Source of the DNA: a virus
Direction: 5' to 3' (one strand)
IMG/VR virus record: IMGVR_UViG_3300042559_000515
Span: 1 to 64,000 of that record
DNA length: 64,000 nucleotides
The notes under the pieces were generated by a model, which ran no database searches, was not told where the DNA came from, and was given only the letters and a program-made list of their open reading frames with translations. Shown here one piece after another: positions 41,905 through 51,300 of this stretch; positions within the stretch are counted from its first letter, which is position 1; each line of letters starts with the position of its first letter. The translations under genes and the position numbers were made by a program.

Positions 41905-42345
41905 ATGCGCCACGGTCGGCAAGGGGTGGCAACCCCTCCCCAGTCAGACCGTGGTTATTGCGAACTAGCAGGTTCTGTGAACCTCCTCGGCTCCGCTAAG
42001 TCCACTCGGTGGATACTGGCGGATGACCCACTGACGCTAAGTCCAACGCTGACACTGCATTGTGTTGACCCCATAGTGGGTCACTTGCTCCAAGGAGCCT
42101 TTGCAGGACAGGCAATGGTAATGCGAATCGGATGGAGGGTTCCGTTCATCAAGGTCACCACTTCGGTGTGTGCGCCAATTACGAACGAGGGCAGGTGTCA
42201 AGGGATTGGCACGACACACAGAACAGAGGCTCTGCGGAGAAGGACTCAACTAGCACCGACTACACGGCACACGGTTCGCAACCCACACCAGTTGACGCTC
42301 AAGGTCAGTTGGAAAGCATCAGCACATGGTGTGGGGTCGCAACGG
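41905..42345 (+). ncRNA. Candidate large structured RNA / leader
   Basis: Dense nested helices, several of 9 bp, with a UUCG loop; lies upstream of the first SD-led gene. Confidence 0.5.
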
Positions 42346-42422
42346 TGTCGGGGGGTTCGCCCCTCGGCTCCGTGCCACTGGCACATCGCAAGGTGTGCTG
42401 GTGGGACGGATAATCCGTTCCC
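42343..42422 (+). ncRNA. Three-hairpin element, copy A
   Basis: 13-bp UUCG hairpin, 13-bp GCAA hairpin and short hairpin, just before SD. Confidence 0.7.
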
Positions 42423-42444
42423 TCTACCAAAGGAGCACCACACA

Positions 42445-42906
42445 ATGGCACTTAATGTTGATTGGGGAAACACCCCCGTTTATAAAGAGTTCCTCGCCAC
42501 CACCCCTGATGGCGACTTCACTGACTCCAACGGCTACCCACGCTTCCCTATCGGTGACCTCATGTTCAGCATGATGATTGTCCAGCAGGGTCGCATCTCT
42601 GAGAAGAACGCCCACAAGGTGTTCGCTCGCCTGTCGCTTTACCTTGAAGCGATGGTCGGTGGTTCATTCTCACGAGTGTGGGATGGCGAGAAGGTCATTG
42701 AAGAACGACTCAGCCCTGAGCACATCAAGCGTGCGATGGGCTTGCGAGTCAATGTGTCCGATGAGTCCGATACCAGTTGGGTGCAGTACTTCTTGCGTCT
42801 TGTAAAGCGTGAGAATGCTGAGCCTGTTGCTGGCATGACCGAATGGACAACGGCGAATATCAAGCGCCACCTTGCGAAGTACGAGGTTGACTACCTCGCC
42901 TCGTAA
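42445..42906 (+). CDS. Hypothetical early protein
   Basis: AAGGAGCACCACACA-ATG; start placed at MALNVD rather than 41857. Confidence 0.8.
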   Translation: MALNVDWGNTPVYKEFLATTPDGDFTDSNGYPRFPIGDLMFSMMIVQQGRISEKNAHKVFARLSLYLEAMVGGSFSRVWDGEKVIEERLSPEHIKRAMGLRVNVSDESDTSWVQYFLRLVKRENAEPVAGMTEWTTANIKRHLAKYEVDYLAS

Positions 42907-42924
42907 GTCACACCCACTACCAAA

Positions 42925-42996
42925 GGCATCAGCGCTTCGGCGCTGGTGTCCTCACTGTGCATCGGCTTCGGTCGGTGCATGGTGAGGACATTGTCC
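42925..42996 (+). ncRNA. Three-hairpin element, copy B
   Basis: 11-bp cUUCGg, 20-bp cUUCGg (GTCCTCAC/GTGAGGAC) and GGAC-ATT-GTCC. Confidence 0.75.
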
Positions 42997-43018
42997 ACAA
43001 CACAAGGAGCACCACACA

Positions 43019-43384
43019 ATGAAAGCAACCGACCCTGAGTTTGCAGGAATGCACCACGATGAAATCTTGAAGCACTTTGCAGGCATCAAGGCAAGCATCA
43101 AGAAAATGGGGGGCGTGACAGTCCCTCCAACACGCCAGCAGGTTGAGTGGGACAGCGTCCCTCTCATTCACGAAGACGCAACAATCGGTCATGTTGTCAA
43201 AGACATCCGAATTGACAGCGTTGGTCATGTCGGCATCGTTGATGATGTGAGCGTCATCACGAAGCGTGACGGACGCACAGCAGTTGTTGTGTCGTTCCGA
43301 TTCGTCAACCACACAACGCTCAACCAATCCCGTACCGACATCAGAACTCGCAAGGTTGAGTTCATCCTCAACAACAACCAATAG
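43019..43384 (+). CDS. Hypothetical early protein
   Basis: Same AAGGAGCACCACACA-ATG leader as 42445. Confidence 0.8.
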   Translation: MKATDPEFAGMHHDEILKHFAGIKASIKKMGGVTVPPTRQQVEWDSVPLIHEDATIGHVVKDIRIDSVGHVGIVDDVSVITKRDGRTAVVVSFRFVNHTTLNQSRTDIRTRKVEFILNNNQ

Positions 43385-43392
43385 GAGCACCA

Positions 43393-43677
43393 ATGACAAC
43401 ACCTAAGACATACCCAACCTTCACTGACCCTGACGGCGTCCTACAGCCGTTCAAGGGTATGACCACGGGGCGCCATGCGAAGCGTGTCGTCTCGTACTGG
43501 CGCAAGGATGCGAGTGAGCCGTGGAAACGCTTCGGTAACTCCGTGAGCGTTGACGCCATGGACAAGCGCATGCGTCACATTGAAAAGCAAGGATGGAAGA
43601 TTCGTTACTCCATCATTGACATGGACAACCAACTCACCATCAAACAAATTGAAACCATCAACAAGGAGAACAAATAA
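43393..43677 (+). CDS. Hypothetical early protein
   Basis: AGGAG SD. Confidence 0.75.
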   Translation: MTTPKTYPTFTDPDGVLQPFKGMTTGRHAKRVVSYWRKDASEPWKRFGNSVSVDAMDKRMRHIEKQGWKIRYSIIDMDNQLTIKQIETINKENK

Positions 43678-44006
43678 TGAGCACATCAACCAACACACGC
43701 CACCCACTGACCATCTCGTACACCCTCATGGTGAGCGAGGAATTGCTGGACAACCTCAAGTCGCATGACGGCACCCGTTACTGGGTGCTGGGCGAATACG
43801 AAGTCCACACTGACTTTGAGGGTGAGACCTACATCACCGACAACGGTCACCGCTTCAACTACGACACTGAGACCGCACTGCGTGGCATCGCACTGTGGAT
43901 TCAGAACGGTGGTGACTGGGACGAACTCAAAGACTTGTCCACCGACCACTACGACCACGATGCCATTTGGCAGTACGGGTTCTTCGGTGAACTTGTCTAC
44001 GGCTAA
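43677..44006 (+). CDS. Hypothetical early protein
   Basis: AAGGAG SD; C-terminal D.DAIWQYGFFGELVYG. Confidence 0.8.
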   Translation: MSTSTNTRHPLTISYTLMVSEELLDNLKSHDGTRYWVLGEYEVHTDFEGETYITDNGHRFNYDTETALRGIALWIQNGGDWDELKDLSTDHYDHDAIWQYGFFGELVYG

Positions 44007-44052
44007 CCCATTGACCACCTACAACAACAACACCAACCAACAAGGAGCAATC

Positions 44053-44997
44053 ATGACCACATCAGTAACCGAGGTGCAGAGCACCCTTTCAACCTTCCAG
44101 CCTCGTGACCGCAAGTACGACTTGCGCACCGCCGAGGGCAAGTACTTCAAGCGCCTCAACTCGTACAACAGTGAGTACACAGTGACCACTGGCGTTGTCA
44201 TCGTCCCTGAGGAGCGTGGCTACGGCGACACTGCCACCGTCATTGATGTGACCTACGATGCCATCCATCTTGTGCGCACCGTTGATGTTGACAGCGACCT
44301 CGTTGAGACCTACCTCAAGGGCAAGTTGCAGTACGACTGGCAGTCTCGTGACCGCAAGAAGGCATCGTTCATTGTCGTCAACGAGGCGCTCTTCCAAGAG
44401 AGTTGGTCGGGCGGTCGCTGGGTGCATGTTGACTACTCCGTGTGGTCGCTTGAAGAGGGTGGCGAGGTAGTTGCCACCACTGGCACCAGCGACACTGACC
44501 ATTACGAGACCTCACGCATTGTTGCTAAGGCGCTCGGTAATCGTGTGTTTGAGATGAACTCGGACATCCAAGCCAATGAAGCACGCAAGGCACAGGCTGA
44601 CGAGCATGCACGCAAGGTTGCCGATGTCTTGTCAGCGTTCGTGCCGTCCTACTCCTACGAGCGTTCGCTTGCCGAAGCCACCAAGTTCATTGAGCGTGGT
44701 GTGAAGGAGTCAGAGGGTGAGAACAGTCACTGGCACAATCATGTGCATGTCGCCATTGACATTGAGGTGATGAAACTCTGTAAGCGATATGTACAGATTC
44801 TCGGTGCGACCACCGACACTGTCCGCATTGCGTTCAACTCGTACAGCGGTGACATCAAGGTCGTTGATGAGCACATGGCATACGCCACGGTCATCGCAGA
44901 GCGCACTGGTGGTGGCTGGTCAAGCAACGACTTCTCAGGAGCGTTGCTGGGTCAGGTACTTCACCGCTTCACCAAGATTGTCTGCCAGCACATCTAG
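44053..44997 (+). CDS. Hypothetical early protein
   Basis: AAGGAG SD before MTTSVTE. Confidence 0.8.
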   Translation: MTTSVTEVQSTLSTFQPRDRKYDLRTAEGKYFKRLNSYNSEYTVTTGVVIVPEERGYGDTATVIDVTYDAIHLVRTVDVDSDLVETYLKGKLQYDWQSRDRKKASFIVVNEALFQESWSGGRWVHVDYSVWSLEEGGEVVATTGTSDTDHYETSRIVAKALGNRVFEMNSDIQANEARKAQADEHARKVADVLSAFVPSYSYERSLAEATKFIERGVKESEGENSHWHNHVHVAIDIEVMKLCKRYVQILGATTDTVRIAFNSYSGDIKVVDEHMAYATVIAERTGGGWSSNDFSGALLGQVLHRFTKIVCQHI

Positions 44998-45016
44998 TCA
45001 CGACAACATCCCCCAA

Positions 45017-45103
45017 GGCATCACAGGCTCCCCCAGCCTGTGGTGTCCTCACAGGACATCGGCACTCCCCCAAGTGTCGGTGTCTTGTGAGGGCATACAG
45101 CCC
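45017..45103 (+). ncRNA. Three-hairpin element, copy C
   Basis: 13-bp, 23-bp (GTCCTCAC/GTGAGGGC) and GGGC-ATACA-GCCC hairpins. Confidence 0.75.
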
Positions 45104-45129
45104 AGCACCACTATCAACAGGAGAATCCA

Positions 45130-45675
45130 ATGGGCGTTTATCAATACGCAATTACAAAGACCAAGCGAATCAAGGGACTGTCCGATGTCTTCGGTGACAT
45201 CGGTGTGGTTGAGTTCCGCTACAGGTACTCGTGGTCACCGAACGAGAAGTTTGAGAAGTACTGCGCTCGCCTTGACGCCAATATTGAGCGCAAGTGGGCA
45301 GGCACTGAGTTGCCGATTCTTGTGACCGACAAGAAGGGCAGGGGCTTGTCAGTGTGGGTCGGTGACAGTGCGAACTGGTGTGACGGTGACAGCAAGGGTG
45401 GCGAGATGCCAATCGGCTCATCGCAGGGCTGGGATGCCTTGTGGCACTGGGCAGAACGCAATGGTCGTTTGGAGATTCCACTGTGGTTGATGACCGCTGG
45501 CGACTTTGAGCACAGCCAAGAGATTCCATTCGTCCCGACTACTGAGAAGGCATACCGAGAACTGGTGGACGCCTGCTCCACTCTCCGCCTCCGTCAGCGT
45601 GGCGACAGCAACGCTCAGCCACAGATTCCGAACAACCGCTACTGGGTCAACAATGACCTCTACACATACCTTTAA
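45130..45675 (+). CDS. Hypothetical early protein
   Basis: AGGAG SD. Confidence 0.75.
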   Translation: MGVYQYAITKTKRIKGLSDVFGDIGVVEFRYRYSWSPNEKFEKYCARLDANIERKWAGTELPILVTDKKGRGLSVWVGDSANWCDGDSKGGEMPIGSSQGWDALWHWAERNGRLEIPLWLMTAGDFEHSQEIPFVPTTEKAYRELVDACSTLRLRQRGDSNAQPQIPNNRYWVNNDLYTYL

Positions 45676-45685
45676 GGAGAACCCA

Positions 45686-45982
45686 ATGACCATCAAGCAA
45701 TACACAGTCACAATGTCCAGCACGCACTTCGTGCTTGCCGAATCCATATCGCAAGCGGAGAGCATCGTGTACGAGGCACTGCTTCGTCTCTCCAAGGTGG
45801 ACGAGCGTGTCCCCGACAGTGAGGTGGACTGGTTCCACGCAGTCACCCTTGAGGACGGGCACTACTCAACCATCGTGCGAGACGGTGACGAGATGAGTGA
45901 CTACGACAGGAAAGTCCAACGATTGAAGCGAGTGCGAGAACTCGTTGAGAAGGTCTGCAACGAAGAGATGGAGAAGAACTAA
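45686..45982 (+). CDS. Hypothetical early protein
   Basis: AAGGAG SD before MTIKQY. Confidence 0.7.
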   Translation: MTIKQYTVTMSSTHFVLAESISQAESIVYEALLRLSKVDERVPDSEVDWFHAVTLEDGHYSTIVRDGDEMSDYDRKVQRLKRVRELVEKVCNEEMEKN

Positions 45983-46284
45983 TGACCACAATCACAGTTA
46001 CATGGAAGGCGTTTGCGGACTCACTGACCTTTAAGGAGAAGGTCACATCGGCAACCATTAAGACCAACCGCATTCAAGGTGATGGCATCGCCATCGCTGA
46101 GGTGGTGTTCCGTGACACCAACCTCTACCAAGGCGTGCTGTGGGACTTGCTGGAGCCTGTCCTGCCTGAGAACCGAACACACACAGCACTGAGTGTTGGT
46201 GACGAGGTGACCGTTGACGGTCGCACTTACCAATGCGCCAGTATCGGCTGGGTGGAACTCACCTTTGACGCAGTCAACCAATAA
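45982..46284 (+). CDS. YodL-like protein
   Basis: HTALSVGDEV.VDG..Y.C.SIGW. Confidence 0.55.
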   Translation: MTTITVTWKAFADSLTFKEKVTSATIKTNRIQGDGIAIAEVVFRDTNLYQGVLWDLLEPVLPENRTHTALSVGDEVTVDGRTYQCASIGWVELTFDAVNQ

Positions 46285-46314
46285 ACAACCAGTTCTAGTA
46301 AAGGAGAACAAAAA

Positions 46315-47034
46315 ATGTCAGCCACCACCATCACCCCCCGTCAGCAGTCATTTATTCGCTCACTCTTAGAGGAGCGTCTTGATGTACTGGAAATCACCAA
46401 CCTTGACGAGTACATCGTCTCGGTCGGTCTCAACGCACTCACAGCGAACTCTGCGAGCAAACTCATTGAGCATCTCAAGTCGGTGCCTGTGGGCAAGAAG
46501 TCAGAGCATGCGCACTTGCCCGAAGGTCGGGTCATCGTCAACAAGTTCGCCAAGGAGTGCACGCTCTGTGGTGGCTTGGTGGACAGCGGTGCTGGTCATG
46601 CAGTGCAGACTGCTAATGGCTGGCGGACATTCCATGCGATGGACAAGTGCAGTGCACCAGCCGATGCTCCACGCATCACGGTTGAGTCCAAGCGTGCGTA
46701 TCGCTGTGACGATGGCACTGTCGCTATCGCCTACACCACACAGAACGGTCGCATTGCGATGCGCCGTCTTGTGATTCACGAGGACAACAAGGGTTCTCTT
46801 GAGTACTGGAAGGGCGGTGTCGCCATCGTGAGCGCCACTGGCTCGCTCCTTACGCAGGAGCAGGCATCCGAACTCGGCAAGGTGTACGGGTTCTGCATCT
46901 GCTGTGGCAAGGACTTGAGTGAAGACCAGTCGCTTGCTGTCGGGTATGGCAGGACTTGTGCTGGCAACAATGAGTGGTGGTACCCATCACCCAGTGAAGC
47001 ACGAGAGATTCTCAACCGACCAGTCAGTATCTAG
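46315..47034 (+). CDS. DUF6011-like zinc-binding protein
   Basis: G..YGFCICCGKDL....SLAVGYG..CA; additional CxxC...H..C. Confidence 0.7.
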   Translation: MSATTITPRQQSFIRSLLEERLDVLEITNLDEYIVSVGLNALTANSASKLIEHLKSVPVGKKSEHAHLPEGRVIVNKFAKECTLCGGLVDSGAGHAVQTANGWRTFHAMDKCSAPADAPRITVESKRAYRCDDGTVAIAYTTQNGRIAMRRLVIHEDNKGSLEYWKGGVAIVSATGSLLTQEQASELGKVYGFCICCGKDLSEDQSLAVGYGRTCAGNNEWWYPSPSEAREILNRPVSI

Positions 47035-47051
47035 TTCAACCCATTAGTTGA

Positions 47052-47135
47052 GGGGACAGCACGAGCAACTGTTCGTGCCGTCCTCACTATCTATTCGCAA
47101 TGTGTGAGTAGGTAGTGAGGGCGATATCATCGCCC
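47052..47135 (+). ncRNA. Three-hairpin element, copy D
   Basis: ~14-bp, 21-bp (GTCCTCAC/GTGAGGGC) and GGGCGAT-ATC-ATCGCCC hairpins. Confidence 0.75.
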
Positions 47136-47166
47136 CTGAGCACCCAACATAACCAAGGAGTATTCC

Positions 47167-48705
47167 ATGTCCCACCGTTCCGCACTTGATGCCCTGCTGT
47201 CCTCAGCAGTGCGTGTCCCCAAACCCATTGATGTCTGCCCCGAACTCACAGCGCTGTCGGGTGCACATGACTATGACCTCGGCTTTGACCTGTCACTGCC
47301 ATTACTCCCGTACCAGCGTGCTGGTGTGGCGTATGCGCTCAAGCAACGCCGTGTCATCCTCGGTGACGAGATGGGCTTGGGCAAGACCCCACAACTCATT
47401 GCCGTGGCTCTCAAGGCTGTTGAGGACGGTCACCGTGCACTCATCGTGGTGCCACCGTCACTGCGCCTCAACTGGGACAGAGAGATTGCCAAGTTCACCT
47501 CTCGCCGTCTCACCGTGGAGATTGCTGAGGGCACCACGCCCTACGCACTGCGCAAGTCTGATGTCGTCATCATCGGTGACGCCAGTGTGGTCGGCTGGGC
47601 GCCTGCGCTCAACCGTCTCAACTTCGGTGCACTGTTAGTTGACGAGGCACACCGCTTCAAGAACCCCAAGGCAAAGCGCACCATCGCATTGCAGGGCATC
47701 GCTCGTGGCATTGATGCTGACGGGTATGTCGTGCTCGCTTCGGGTACGCCAGCAACCAACCGCCCCGTTGAGTTGGTCGCACTGCTTGACACCATCGGTC
47801 GCCTTGACCCTGTGTTCGGTTCTGCTGGTTCATTCAAGTGGCGCTACTGCGACCCGATTCGCAATGCGTTCGGCTGGACATTCAACGGTTCAACCAACAG
47901 TGCCGAGTTGCACGACAAGTTGCGTGGCACTTGCTACATCCGCCGTAAGAAGGCTGATGTGCTCACCGAGTTGCCAGCCAAGCGCCGTGCTCAGGTTGCT
48001 ATCGCTCTGACCGATGTGGAGTTGCGTGAGTACCTCCGCATTGAGTCTGACTTCCTCATGTGGGTGTACGGCAAGGGTGGTCGTGAGGCTGTCATGCGTG
48101 TGTCTCGTGCCGAGGCAATCACGCAGTTGACCGCACTGCGACAGGAGATGGCAAAGGTCAAGGTCAAGCACGCCATTGAGCACATTGAGTCCATCGTTGA
48201 GGGTGACCAGCCAGTGGTCATCTTCGGACATCACCGTGCGGTGCTTGAGTCCATCATCGCTGAGTGTGAGACACGCTCTGCTGAAGACCCACGATGGAAT
48301 GTCGTGAGTGTTCTCGGTGGCAAGTCCGATGCACAAAAGCAACAAGCAGTGGACGACTTCCAGTCGGGTCGTGCGAGCGTGTTCGTGGGCAACTACACCT
48401 CCGCTGGTGTCGGTCTCACACTCACTCGTGCCAACCAGTGGGTGAGCGTGGAGTTACCGTGGACACCTGCTGAACTACAGCAAGCCGAAGACCGATGCCA
48501 CAGATTCACGCAAACAGAATCTGTGACTTGCTGGCACCTGACTGGTGCTCGTGCCAATGGTCAGTTGACCATTGACGACCGACTCTTCGGTCTGCTCAAC
48601 AGCAAGGCGGAGGTTCTCTCCGCAGTGCTTGACGGCAACGCCGAAGACCTCGGTGCTGAGGCTGGCTCACTGCTCGCCTCGCTCCTTGGTGACTGGGTCG
48701 GCTAA
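47167..48705 (+). CDS. SNF2/HARP-like helicase
   Basis: DEMGLGKT, DEAH, SGTP, GVGLTL, QAEDRCHR. Confidence 0.92.
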   Translation: MSHRSALDALLSSAVRVPKPIDVCPELTALSGAHDYDLGFDLSLPLLPYQRAGVAYALKQRRVILGDEMGLGKTPQLIAVALKAVEDGHRALIVVPPSLRLNWDREIAKFTSRRLTVEIAEGTTPYALRKSDVVIIGDASVVGWAPALNRLNFGALLVDEAHRFKNPKAKRTIALQGIARGIDADGYVVLASGTPATNRPVELVALLDTIGRLDPVFGSAGSFKWRYCDPIRNAFGWTFNGSTNSAELHDKLRGTCYIRRKKADVLTELPAKRRAQVAIALTDVELREYLRIESDFLMWVYGKGGREAVMRVSRAEAITQLTALRQEMAKVKVKHAIEHIESIVEGDQPVVIFGHHRAVLESIIAECETRSAEDPRWNVVSVLGGKSDAQKQQAVDDFQSGRASVFVGNYTSAGVGLTLTRANQWVSVELPWTPAELQQAEDRCHRFTQTESVTCWHLTGARANGQLTIDDRLFGLLNSKAEVLSAVLDGNAEDLGAEAGSLLASLLGDWVG

Positions 48706-48724
48706 CACAATCTGAGGTGGTGCT

Positions 48725-48811
48725 CACGGGCGTCACGAGGTGCGAGCCTCGTGGCGTGCCGTGGTCATTGTGGGGTCGGGACACTCCGCAGTGACCACGG
48801 GACGCAAGTCC
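48725..48811 (+). ncRNA. Three-hairpin element, copy E
   Basis: GCGA-capped hairpin, 18-bp hairpin and GGAC-GCAA-GTCC. Confidence 0.7.
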
Positions 48812-48842
48812 AAACAGCACCAACACAACAAGGAATTAAACA

Positions 48843-49211
48843 ATGAAGACACAAGCAATCATCACTATCAACCATCCCGACAACCTGTCAGCGAACTGGG
48901 TTATCGCTGATGTCATTGACCCATTCATCGCTGATGTCAACACTGGTGGCAACGATGAATGGAATCTCGCCTTGGCGTTGTCACTGACCGAGACGCAACT
49001 GCGTGACAAGGCATTGCGCAGTGCGCTGTTGCTGGTTCTCAGTGACTTCCCTGCGGACATGAGCAACGAGTGGATTCTTGACGGCGTCCTCAATGATGAC
49101 GAGCGCATCATTGTGTGGGAGCCGTTCTCCATCGTCAACTGGGACAAAGAAGAACTGGTCGCTCACATTGAGCAGACAGCGGACACCATCTACAACACAT
49201 ACTTTCAATAA
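48843..49211 (+). CDS. Hypothetical early protein
   Basis: AAGGA SD. Confidence 0.75.
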   Translation: MKTQAIITINHPDNLSANWVIADVIDPFIADVNTGGNDEWNLALALSLTETQLRDKALRSALLLVLSDFPADMSNEWILDGVLNDDERIIVWEPFSIVNWDKEELVAHIEQTADTIYNTYFQ

Positions 49212-49222
49212 GGAGACAAACA

Positions 49223-49420
49223 ATGAAGACAGAGACCATCAACAACATCCTGCTCGTACTACTGGGAATGGCACTTGCTCTTGGGAGTGTCATCTTGTGG
49301 GACACCGTGGACTACTACGCCAAGTGTGATGCGGTCGTGGTGCAGGACATCAATGGCAATCGCTACTGCGTGGACAAGGCAACGCTCGTTGAGAGCACAA
49401 CAACTAATTACAACAAGTAA
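49223..49420 (+). CDS. Small membrane protein
   Basis: AAGGAG SD; N-terminal TM, two Cys. Confidence 0.7.
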   Translation: MKTETINNILLVLLGMALALGSVILWDTVDYYAKCDAVVVQDINGNRYCVDKATLVESTTTNYNK

Positions 49421-49430
49421 AGGACACATC

Positions 49431-49712
49431 ATGAACCCATACGAACAACCCGAACAACCAATCGGTTGCCAATGCAATGTCACCTTCGGTGGTCAAGAGA
49501 TGGCAGTCATCATCGCATTCGGTGATGACCCAGTTATCACTGACGACATCGGCAACCCTTGGTATGACCTTGACATCAATGTCTTCTACTACCTCAACGA
49601 TGCAGAGACAGACCAACTACACGATGCAGTCAACAAAGGCTTAGAGGGCTTTGCTGTTGACGGCGAAATTGAAATAGTCATTGACAGTGACTTTGAATAC
49701 CTTTTTCTTTAA
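49431..49712 (+). CDS. Acidic hypothetical protein
   Basis: AAGGA SD before MNPYEQ. Confidence 0.7.
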   Translation: MNPYEQPEQPIGCQCNVTFGGQEMAVIIAFGDDPVITDDIGNPWYDLDINVFYYLNDAETDQLHDAVNKGLEGFAVDGEIEIVIDSDFEYLFL

Positions 49713-49724
49713 GGAGCAACCAAC

Positions 49725-50045
49725 ATGAACATCACATCAGAACAAGAGCAGGCAGTAGACAACTGGGAGTACCAGTACCGACCCATCAAGAACCACATCA
49801 GTGGTGACCTTGGATGGAACGGCACCGTCTTTGAGACCTACGGAGACGACATTGCGTTCGTGGTTTCACAGCCACAAAACCTCATATGGACATGGGTAGA
49901 CACCGACAATGGCACAACCATCCTCAGTGGTTACCACCTTGTCAATCGCATCGGTTACTTCGTGACCGAGTACCCATGGGTGAGACCAACCGAGGTGCAG
50001 GTAGAGACCTACACAGAAGAAGAAACAGAAGAGGAGCCGTTCTAA
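49725..50045 (+). CDS. Hypothetical phage protein
   Basis: FETYG.D..FV...IWT.VD...GYHLVNRIGYFVT..PW. Confidence 0.8.
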   Translation: MNITSEQEQAVDNWEYQYRPIKNHISGDLGWNGTVFETYGDDIAFVVSQPQNLIWTWVDTDNGTTILSGYHLVNRIGYFVTEYPWVRPTEVQVETYTEEETEEEPF

Positions 50046-50269
50046 TGCAGAACATCAAGTTCGTTCAGAGTGTGACCATCTCGGTCACCTTTGACATGTC
50101 CTTTCCCAGCGACTGGACACTCCAGCAGATTCTGGAGAGCATCAAGGACACCACCACTGATATCAGTGCACATGTCCTGCCCGAAACACTTCCACAAGGT
50201 GCAGTAAGTAACAGCACCATTGTGGATGACATCATTATCAACCACACCGCCATACAGGAGAACAACTAA
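50045..50269 (+). CDS. Hypothetical early protein
   Basis: GAGGAG SD; TAATG coupling. Confidence 0.65.
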   Translation: MQNIKFVQSVTISVTFDMSFPSDWTLQQILESIKDTTTDISAHVLPETLPQGAVSNSTIVDDIIINHTAIQENN

Positions 50270-50682
50270 TGACCGCAACAACCGCCAGTGACTTCCAAGT
50301 CACGCTCGCATACATCCAACAGAACATTGATGCCATCGCTGAGTTTGCTCAGCAGTTCCTCAATGAGAACTACTTTGAAGACGATGATGTCTTCCACTCA
50401 TACGGAGACCGTGTTGACCTCAACTTCATCCGAGATGAAGATGACAACAAGTGGAGGTGCTTTGCATACCCAGTGGTCAACGGTGACCCCTCCTATGACT
50501 ACGAGGTAGCCATCCCAGTGGACACCGATACCTACAAGGTTGTGCGGTTCTACAAAGACATCAGCCGTGCCAACAAGGTCATCCTGACTGGACTTACCTT
50601 GCAGGACGCAAAGGAACACTGCAAGCGTGATGACACGCACAGTGACGACTGGTTTGACGGATACGAAAAGGAAAGCAAGTAA
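50269..50682 (+). CDS. Hypothetical early protein
   Basis: AGGAG SD; C-terminal YKVVRFY...GLTL..A..HC...WFDGY. Confidence 0.75.
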   Translation: MTATTASDFQVTLAYIQQNIDAIAEFAQQFLNENYFEDDDVFHSYGDRVDLNFIRDEDDNKWRCFAYPVVNGDPSYDYEVAIPVDTDTYKVVRFYKDISRANKVILTGLTLQDAKEHCKRDDTHSDDWFDGYEKESK

Positions 50683-50873
50683 TGGAAACACAAGTCAGCA
50701 AGCAATCACTGGACACCATCGTTGATGCTCTGTTCCTCTACATGAAGTGGAACGAGGGATTCTCAAAGGTGGCTATCACACAGAACGACTACGAAGCATC
50801 AGCACGACACATCATCAACGCAAACAACGCAGAGCGAGCAATCGCAGAACTCAAACAACAAGGAGACAAATAA
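50682..50873 (+). CDS. Hypothetical early protein
   Basis: TAATG coupling. Confidence 0.7.
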   Translation: METQVSKQSLDTIVDALFLYMKWNEGFSKVAITQNDYEASARHIINANNAERAIAELKQQGDK

Positions 50874-51046
50874 TGAACCCTGAGAAATACCATTGGTTCG
50901 CAGAAGACGGTTCCTATGGCAGTGGTGTCACCCTCGTGGTGGACACCAGCAACTGGACGGATGAAGACTGGCGAGACATTGAAGACACATCAGACAGCGA
51001 GCGCTCCACAGTGGCGCTTGAGATAACCAAGAAGAGAAAGGGGTAG
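50873..51046 (+). CDS. Hypothetical early protein
   Basis: AAGGAG SD before MNPEKY. Confidence 0.7.
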   Translation: MNPEKYHWFAEDGSYGSGVTLVVDTSNWTDEDWRDIEDTSDSERSTVALEITKKRKG

Positions 51047-51049
51047 GTC

Positions 51050-51283
51050 ATGCCCACCACATCACCAGCGACTTACTACAAGGAATCCATCAGCAATGCG
51101 TTTGGCTCCCTCGTAGGCAAAACAGTATTGCGAGTGCGTCCGTTCGTACCGAGCGAGTATGAGATGTTTGGGTGGTCAGAAGGTCACGCATTCCTCATTG
51201 AGTTTGACGACAACACCTTGCTCATTCCCGTATCAGATGAAGAGTGCAACAGCGCAGGCTGGCTGTACATTGACGAACTCTAA
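51050..51283 (+). CDS. Hypothetical early protein
   Basis: LVGKT...VR...E...GW...I.FDD...DEE.N..G pattern. Confidence 0.7.
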   Translation: MPTTSPATYYKESISNAFGSLVGKTVLRVRPFVPSEYEMFGWSEGHAFLIEFDDNTLLIPVSDEECNSAGWLYIDEL

Positions 51284-51300
51284 AAGAAAGAACAACAAAT

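Noticed and set aside
41990-42350. RNase P or group I intron identity for the structured region (AAGTCC, ACAGAAC and GACTACACG fragments)
   Set aside because: The required P4 or P7 pairings and flanking consensus could not be built; the matches are short.
41857-42444. 349-aa ORF starting at TTG 41857
   Set aside because: The first ~196 codons look non-protein-like and lack an SD, while a strong SD precedes ATG 42445. Treated as non-coding, though not fully excluded.
42343-48811. Hairpin elements as intrinsic terminators or CRISPR repeats
   Set aside because: No U-tracts, sequences not identical, separated by whole genes, and no cas genes.
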